Under the pieces are notes generated by a model that did not search any database, was not told the origin of the DNA, and was given only the letters and a program-made list of their open reading frames with translations. Made by a program: the position numbers and the translations under genes. Shown piece by piece: positions 59,617 to 64,000 of a DNA stretch of 64,000 bases (the first letter of the stretch is position 1; the number at the start of each line of letters is the position of its first letter). Source of the DNA: an uncultured Acidobacteriota bacterium (GTDB lineage Bacteria > Acidobacteriota > Vicinamibacteria > Vicinamibacterales > UBA8438); NCBI GenBank assembly GCA_913043225.1, contig CAJWLU010000001.1, positions 256,001-320,000 of the forward strand. Direction: 5' to 3'.

Positions 59617-60312
59617 ATGGCTCGCACTCACGAGTTCATCACGGGGCCCGATTCGGGTTCCGCTCCGTTCACGAAAGAGTGGCGGGTCCGGCGCCGTTTT
59701 GACCGGCGCCTGCGTCTCCTCGGTATTCCGGAGGATCTGACTGGCTGGAGCGTCCTGGATGTCGGAGCCTGGCACGGCTACTTCTCGTTCGAATGTGAAC
59801 GCCGTGGTGCCGACCGGGTCCTCGCCGTCGATCGGTTCGCATGGGACAAGTTCGGGATGGACGAGTTCCTGGCGGCACACGAGCGCTATCAGTCGCGGGT
59901 CGAATACCAGCACCTGGATGCCCACGAGCTCGACGTGGACCAGATCGGGAAGTTCGATTTGGTGCTAGTGCTCGGAGTGTTCTACCATCTGCGCAACCCG
60001 GTGGCGGCGCTGGAGCGGATGGCTCGACTGACCCGTCGCTTGCTCATCTGCGAGACTCACGTGCTGCTGCCGTTCATCCACGAACGCTATCCTCTGGTCC
60101 CGTTTTTTCCGGGCGACGAGCGGACGGACGAACAGACCTACGATCTTTGCGGCATCCCGACAATGACCGCGTTAACCGAGATGCTCCGCTTCTCCGGATT
60201 CAATGAAGTGGATATCCGCTACCGGCCATCGTTTCGCTACTGGAAGAAGCTGATGGCGCTCGTAACGATGCGACCGCAGTCGGGACGTGGCATCGTGCAT
60301 GCGAGACCCTAG
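59617..60312 (+). CDS. class I SAM-dependent methyltransferase (CmoB/DUF1698-like)
   Basis: VLDVGAWHGYFS, FDLVLVLGVFYHLRNP. Confidence 0.85.
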   Translation: MARTHEFITGPDSGSAPFTKEWRVRRRFDRRLRLLGIPEDLTGWSVLDVGAWHGYFSFECERRGADRVLAVDRFAWDKFGMDEFLAAHERYQSRVEYQHLDAHELDVDQIGKFDLVLVLGVFYHLRNPVAALERMARLTRRLLICETHVLLPFIHERYPLVPFFPGDERTDEQTYDLCGIPTMTALTEMLRFSGFNEVDIRYRPSFRYWKKLMALVTMRPQSGRGIVHARP

Positions 60313-60419
60313 AACTGCACTCCAAGGAAACAGGTGTCAGCAGGAAACCGGTGGGCTTCGCCGGCTGACGATTTATACGCACCCCCCCTGCGACCAGGCG
60401 GGATGAAAGAGAGGACGAC

Positions 60420-61325
60420 ATGAACATTGCGGTGATCGGGATGGGGACCATGGGCGCCCCGATGGCACGGAATCTGTTGAAGGCAGGCCACAGCGTGGTG
60501 GTGCACAACCGCACCCGCGAGCGCGAGGAACCGCTGGTGGCTGACGGCGCGTCCCGGGCAGACACGCCGGCCGCTGCGGCCTCCGGCGTCGAAGTCGTCC
60601 TAACCTGTGTTTCCGATACGCCCGATGTGCAGCGGGTGCTGCTCGACCCAAAGATCGGCGTAATCAATGGTCTGACCAGCGGCTCGCTCATCATTGACTG
60701 CTCATCGATCGCACCCGCCGCCACCCGCGAAATTGCGGCGACGTTCGCCGACAAGGGCATCGGCTTTGTCGACGCCCCCGTATCCGGCGGTTCCGAAGGC
60801 GCGATCAAGGGCACCCTGGCCATTATGTGCGGCGGCACCGTGGACAACTTCGCACGCGCCACCCCGCTGCTCGAGGTACTGGGCTCGAAGGTTACCCACA
60901 TCGGCGACGTCGGCGCTGGCCAGGTCGCCAAAGTCGCCAACCAAATCGTTATTGCCGGCACCTATCTGGCCCTCGGTGAAGCACTGACGCTCGCCGCCAA
61001 AGCGGGCGCGGATCCGCAGAAGGTCGTCGAAGCGATCGGTGGTGGAGTGGCCGGCTCGTGGATCATGCAGAACCGGTCAAGCAACGTCCTCAACGACACC
61101 TATCCGCTCGGCTTCCGTACCAGGCTCCATCGCAAGGATCTCGGCATCGCCCTCGATACGGCGCGCACATTCGAGGTGCCGGTGCCCGTCGCTAGCCTGG
61201 TCGCCACCATCGAGGACGGTCTGATTGCTCAGGGACTCGGTGACGAAGATATGTCCAACCTGGCCAGATTCATTCGACGCGGCGCCGGCGTACCGGACGG
61301 CCCGCTCTCTGCCGGCGACTCGTAG
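60420..61325 (+). CDS. NAD(P)-dependent beta-hydroxyacid dehydrogenase (3-hydroxyisobutyrate DH / tartronate semialdehyde reductase family)
   Basis: IGMGTMGAPMA, DAPVSGG, AKVANQ, KDLGIA. Confidence 0.92.
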   Translation: MNIAVIGMGTMGAPMARNLLKAGHSVVVHNRTREREEPLVADGASRADTPAAAASGVEVVLTCVSDTPDVQRVLLDPKIGVINGLTSGSLIIDCSSIAPAATREIAATFADKGIGFVDAPVSGGSEGAIKGTLAIMCGGTVDNFARATPLLEVLGSKVTHIGDVGAGQVAKVANQIVIAGTYLALGEALTLAAKAGADPQKVVEAIGGGVAGSWIMQNRSSNVLNDTYPLGFRTRLHRKDLGIALDTARTFEVPVPVASLVATIEDGLIAQGLGDEDMSNLARFIRRGAGVPDGPLSAGDS

Positions 61326-61338
61326 CACGGACAACGAC

Positions 61339-62040
61339 ATGCGTAGGAAGGTATATCCAAGCTCCGCCGCCGCCCTCGACGGGTTGCTCAATGACGGCCT
61401 GACCCTGATGGTCGGAGGATTCGGACTCTGCGGGGTGCCGCAGAGCCTCGTCCGGGCGCTTAGAGATTCGGGCGTCAGGGCGCTCACCTGCATCAGTAAC
61501 AACGCGGGCATCGACGGCGATGGTCTCGGGCTGCTGCTTGAAACCAGACAGATCGACAAGATGATTGCCAGCTACGTCGGCGAAAACAAGCTGTTCGAAA
61601 AGCAGTTCCTCGACGGTATTCTCGAGGTCGAGCTGAATCCGCAAGGCACGCTCGCCGAGCGAATACGGGCCGGTGGCGCTGGTATCGCGGCGTTCTTCAC
61701 CCCGACCGGCTATGGCACGCCACTGACCGAGGGCAAGGAGGCCCGGAAGTTCGACGGGAAGCCCTACGTGCTGGAAACCGCGCTCCATGCCGACGTCTCG
61801 CTGGTGAAGGCCTGGCAGGCAGACGAGGAGGGCAACCTGGTCTACCGGATGACCGCGCGGAACTTCAACCCACCGATGGCCGAAGCCGGTGCGGTGACGG
61901 TGGCGGAAGTCGAAGAAATCGTACCCGTAGGCGAGATCGACCCGCACCACGTGCACACCCCAGGAATCTACGTCGACCGGATCGTGGTAGGCGAGTACAC
62001 CGAGAAGAGCATCGAGCGTCGCACGACGCGCGAAGGATAG
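61339..62040 (+). CDS. scoA: 3-oxoacid CoA-transferase subunit A
   Basis: [40 protein letters not shown]. Confidence 0.93.
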   Translation: MRRKVYPSSAAALDGLLNDGLTLMVGGFGLCGVPQSLVRALRDSGVRALTCISNNAGIDGDGLGLLLETRQIDKMIASYVGENKLFEKQFLDGILEVELNPQGTLAERIRAGGAGIAAFFTPTGYGTPLTEGKEARKFDGKPYVLETALHADVSLVKAWQADEEGNLVYRMTARNFNPPMAEAGAVTVAEVEEIVPVGEIDPHHVHTPGIYVDRIVVGEYTEKSIERRTTREG

Positions 62041-62044
62041 CAGC

Positions 62045-62701
62045 ATGGCCCTGACCCGTGAGGAGATGGCGGCCCGCGCCGCCCAGGAGATCAAGGACGG
62101 CTTCTACGTCAACCTCGGCATCGGCATCCCCACGCTGTGCGCGAACTACATTCAGGACGGCGTCGATGTAAAGTTGCAGAGTGAGAACGGCCTGCTGGGG
62201 ATCGGCCCCTACCCCACCGAGGCGGAGATTGACGCGGATCTCATCAACGCCGGCAAGGAAACGGTGACCACGGTACCCGGGGCGAGCTTCTTCAGCAGCG
62301 CGCAGAGCTTTGCCATGATCCGGGGAGGCCACATCGACCTGGCGATCCTCGGCGCGATGCAGGTGTCGCGCACGGGAGATCTGGCCAACTGGATGATTCC
62401 GGGCGCGGTCGTTAAAGGCCCCGGAGGGGCCATGGATCTGGTGAGCGGTGCCAAGCAGGTGCTGATCGTCATGGATCACCTGTCGAAGCGCGGCGACAAG
62501 AAGATCCTCAATGAATGCAGCCTGCCGCTGACCGGCAAGCAAGTGGTCAATAAAGTGATCACGTCCCTGGCCGTGATCGGGGTAACCAGCGACGGCCTCA
62601 GGCTGCTGGAACGTGCGCCTGGCGTCGAGGTTGACGAAATACGCGCCGCAACCGAACCCGCACTCCTCACACACGGAGACATCCCAGAGATTAGCGTCTA
62701 G
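62045..62701 (+). CDS. scoB: 3-oxoacid CoA-transferase subunit B
   Basis: [13 protein letters not shown] (catalytic Glu), NAGKET, GDLANW, GGAMDLV. Confidence 0.94.
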   Translation: MALTREEMAARAAQEIKDGFYVNLGIGIPTLCANYIQDGVDVKLQSENGLLGIGPYPTEAEIDADLINAGKETVTTVPGASFFSSAQSFAMIRGGHIDLAILGAMQVSRTGDLANWMIPGAVVKGPGGAMDLVSGAKQVLIVMDHLSKRGDKKILNECSLPLTGKQVVNKVITSLAVIGVTSDGLRLLERAPGVEVDEIRAATEPALLTHGDIPEISV

Positions 62702-62723
62702 TGGTATCGGTGTTGTAGCACGG

Positions 62724-63082
62724 CTAGGCTTCCGTCGGTGCGGCCGATCTGCCGCACCGAACCGCAATAGCGATGCGGGTTCTCTGATTGACGATTTTGG
62801 CCGCCGGGTGCAGCTTCGTACCCCACAGCCCGAACGACTCGGCGAATCCCAGTAGGGTGTCTTCCTGCATGGTCATCTTGAGGCGCCAAATCACGGTGGC
62901 GCCCTGTTGGCCGGTCTCGGCGAGACCGGCCTCGAGCGGGACGTTAAATATCCCAACATAATTGCCTTCGACAACTGGAACTTGTCGGCCAAGTCTCCGG
63001 CTAACAGCGGTCGGTCGCGAAGGAGCTACAACACCCGCCGGCGCCTCGGACCTGAGAACGCCTTGAATGCGTCTCGGCTCAT
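62724..63082 (-). pseudogene. ArsR/SmtB-family (SdpR-like) repressor pseudogene
   Basis: From ATG 63082 (AGGA SD): MSRDAFKAFSGPRRRRVL*LLRDRPLLAGDLADKFQLSKAIM / frameshift / FNVPLEAGLAETGQQGATVIWRLKMTMQEDTLLGFAESFGL. Confidence 0.8.
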
Positions 63083-63211
63083 GTCCTGCTAATTTGCTTA
63101 CTGGGAAAATACTGGTCGAATGCCGACCGGGATACGCAACGCGTTGAGGGGCGTCGTCGTATCATTAATGCTTCGTTACGCTGAGAAGATTTCACCGGAG
63201 GCCAGAGCCCT

Positions 63212-64000
63212 ATGCCGACCCTGAGCCAGTGCACCTGCTGCGCCGCCCTTGTCACGCTGCTACTGAGCGCACCGATTGCCATCGCACAGGATCCGCCCGA
63301 GTTACCGGAGCAGTATCGCGATCCGATCGACCTGATGGCCGAAGTGCTCGGCACCTACGCCTTCGAGATCTCCTCGGAGTCCGCCGAGGCGCAAGACTTC
63401 TTCAACCAGGGGATGCAACTGATGTTCGCCTTTGCCAAGGCGGACGCGGTACGGTCGTTCCGTGAGGCGTGGAAGCGGGATCCAAACTGCGCCATCTGCT
63501 ACTGGGGCGAGGCGTGGGCCTGGGGCTCGTATCTGAACGGGCCAATGCGACCGCCCGAGGCACCGCACGCCTACTCCGCCGCACAGCAGGCTAGACGGCT
63601 GTCAGAAGTGCACGCCAACGCGAAAGAGCGGGCCTACATCGATGCGCTGTCGGTGCGCTATGTCGAGAACTTCGAAGTCGACAAACGGCGCGATCAGGAC
63701 GAGGCCTACGCCGAAGCGATGCGACTACTGGTGGACCGGTTCCCGGACGACCTCGACGCGACCACGCTCTATGGCGATGCGCTCTTTCTGCTGGAGCCCA
63801 GGCGTGGCACCCGCGACCTCAACGACCCCAGGGTTCAGCGACTGCATGCGGTGCTCGAGAGCGTGCTCGAACGGGACATCAAACATCCCGGCGCCTGTCA
63901 CCTCTATATCCACGCCACCGAGTCGACCTCACGACCGGACAAGGCCGAGGCCTGTGCGGAGCATCTTGGGCTGGCCATCCCCGGAGCAAGCCATATCAAC
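63212..64000 (+). CDS. exported tetratricopeptide-repeat protein, runs off window end
   Basis: Manual translation MPTLSQ...AQDFFNQGMQLMFAF..AVRSFREA...CAICYWGEAWAWG...HPGACHLYIHATE; GGAGG SD. Confidence 0.85.
   Translation, partial: MPTLSQCTCCAALVTLLLSAPIAIAQDPPELPEQYRDPIDLMAEVLGTYAFEISSESAEAQDFFNQGMQLMFAFAKADAVRSFREAWKRDPNCAICYWGEAWAWGSYLNGPMRPPEAPHAYSAAQQARRLSEVHANAKERAYIDALSVRYVENFEVDKRRDQDEAYAEAMRLLVDRFPDDLDATTLYGDALFLLEPRRGTRDLNDPRVQRLHAVLESVLERDIKHPGACHLYIHATESTSRPDKAEACAEHLGLAIPGASHIN

Noticed and set aside
62735..62987. Cluster of palindromes (62735-62760, 62882-62903, 62909-62931) as an ncRNA or MITE
   Set aside because: They lie inside the ArsR pseudogene, with no terminal repeats or target duplication. 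The first hairpin could still be a scoB terminator but has no U-tract.

Overview
High-GC bacterial chromosomal window with about 55 intact CDSs. I saw no rRNA, tRNA, CRISPR array or intact mobile element. The gene repertoire (Oar-type TonB receptor, many secreted peptidases, alternative complex III) suggests an Acidobacteriota (Vicinamibacteria-like) heterotroph, but this is inference only. Main blocks: (1) oxalate genes frc and a partial panE-like gene; (2) about 24 kb rich in exported peptide/amide hydrolases, ending in a TAXI-TRAP transporter; (3) ettA divergent from a zinc-peptidase plus ATP-grasp ligase pair; (4) housekeeping genes (dinB, rsgA, yqgE, queG, rnd, lpxB, M16 pair); (5) a complete actABCDEF operon with atypical features, divergent from a large uncharacterised secreted heme-c/beta-propeller protein; (6) scoAB. 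Manual translation of intergenic gaps shows at least three decayed gene remnants that the ORF track misses. Several genes look leaderless, one appears to start at CTG, and one gap holds a degenerate fluoride-riboswitch-like sequence. All family assignments come from motif recognition by eye, not database searches.
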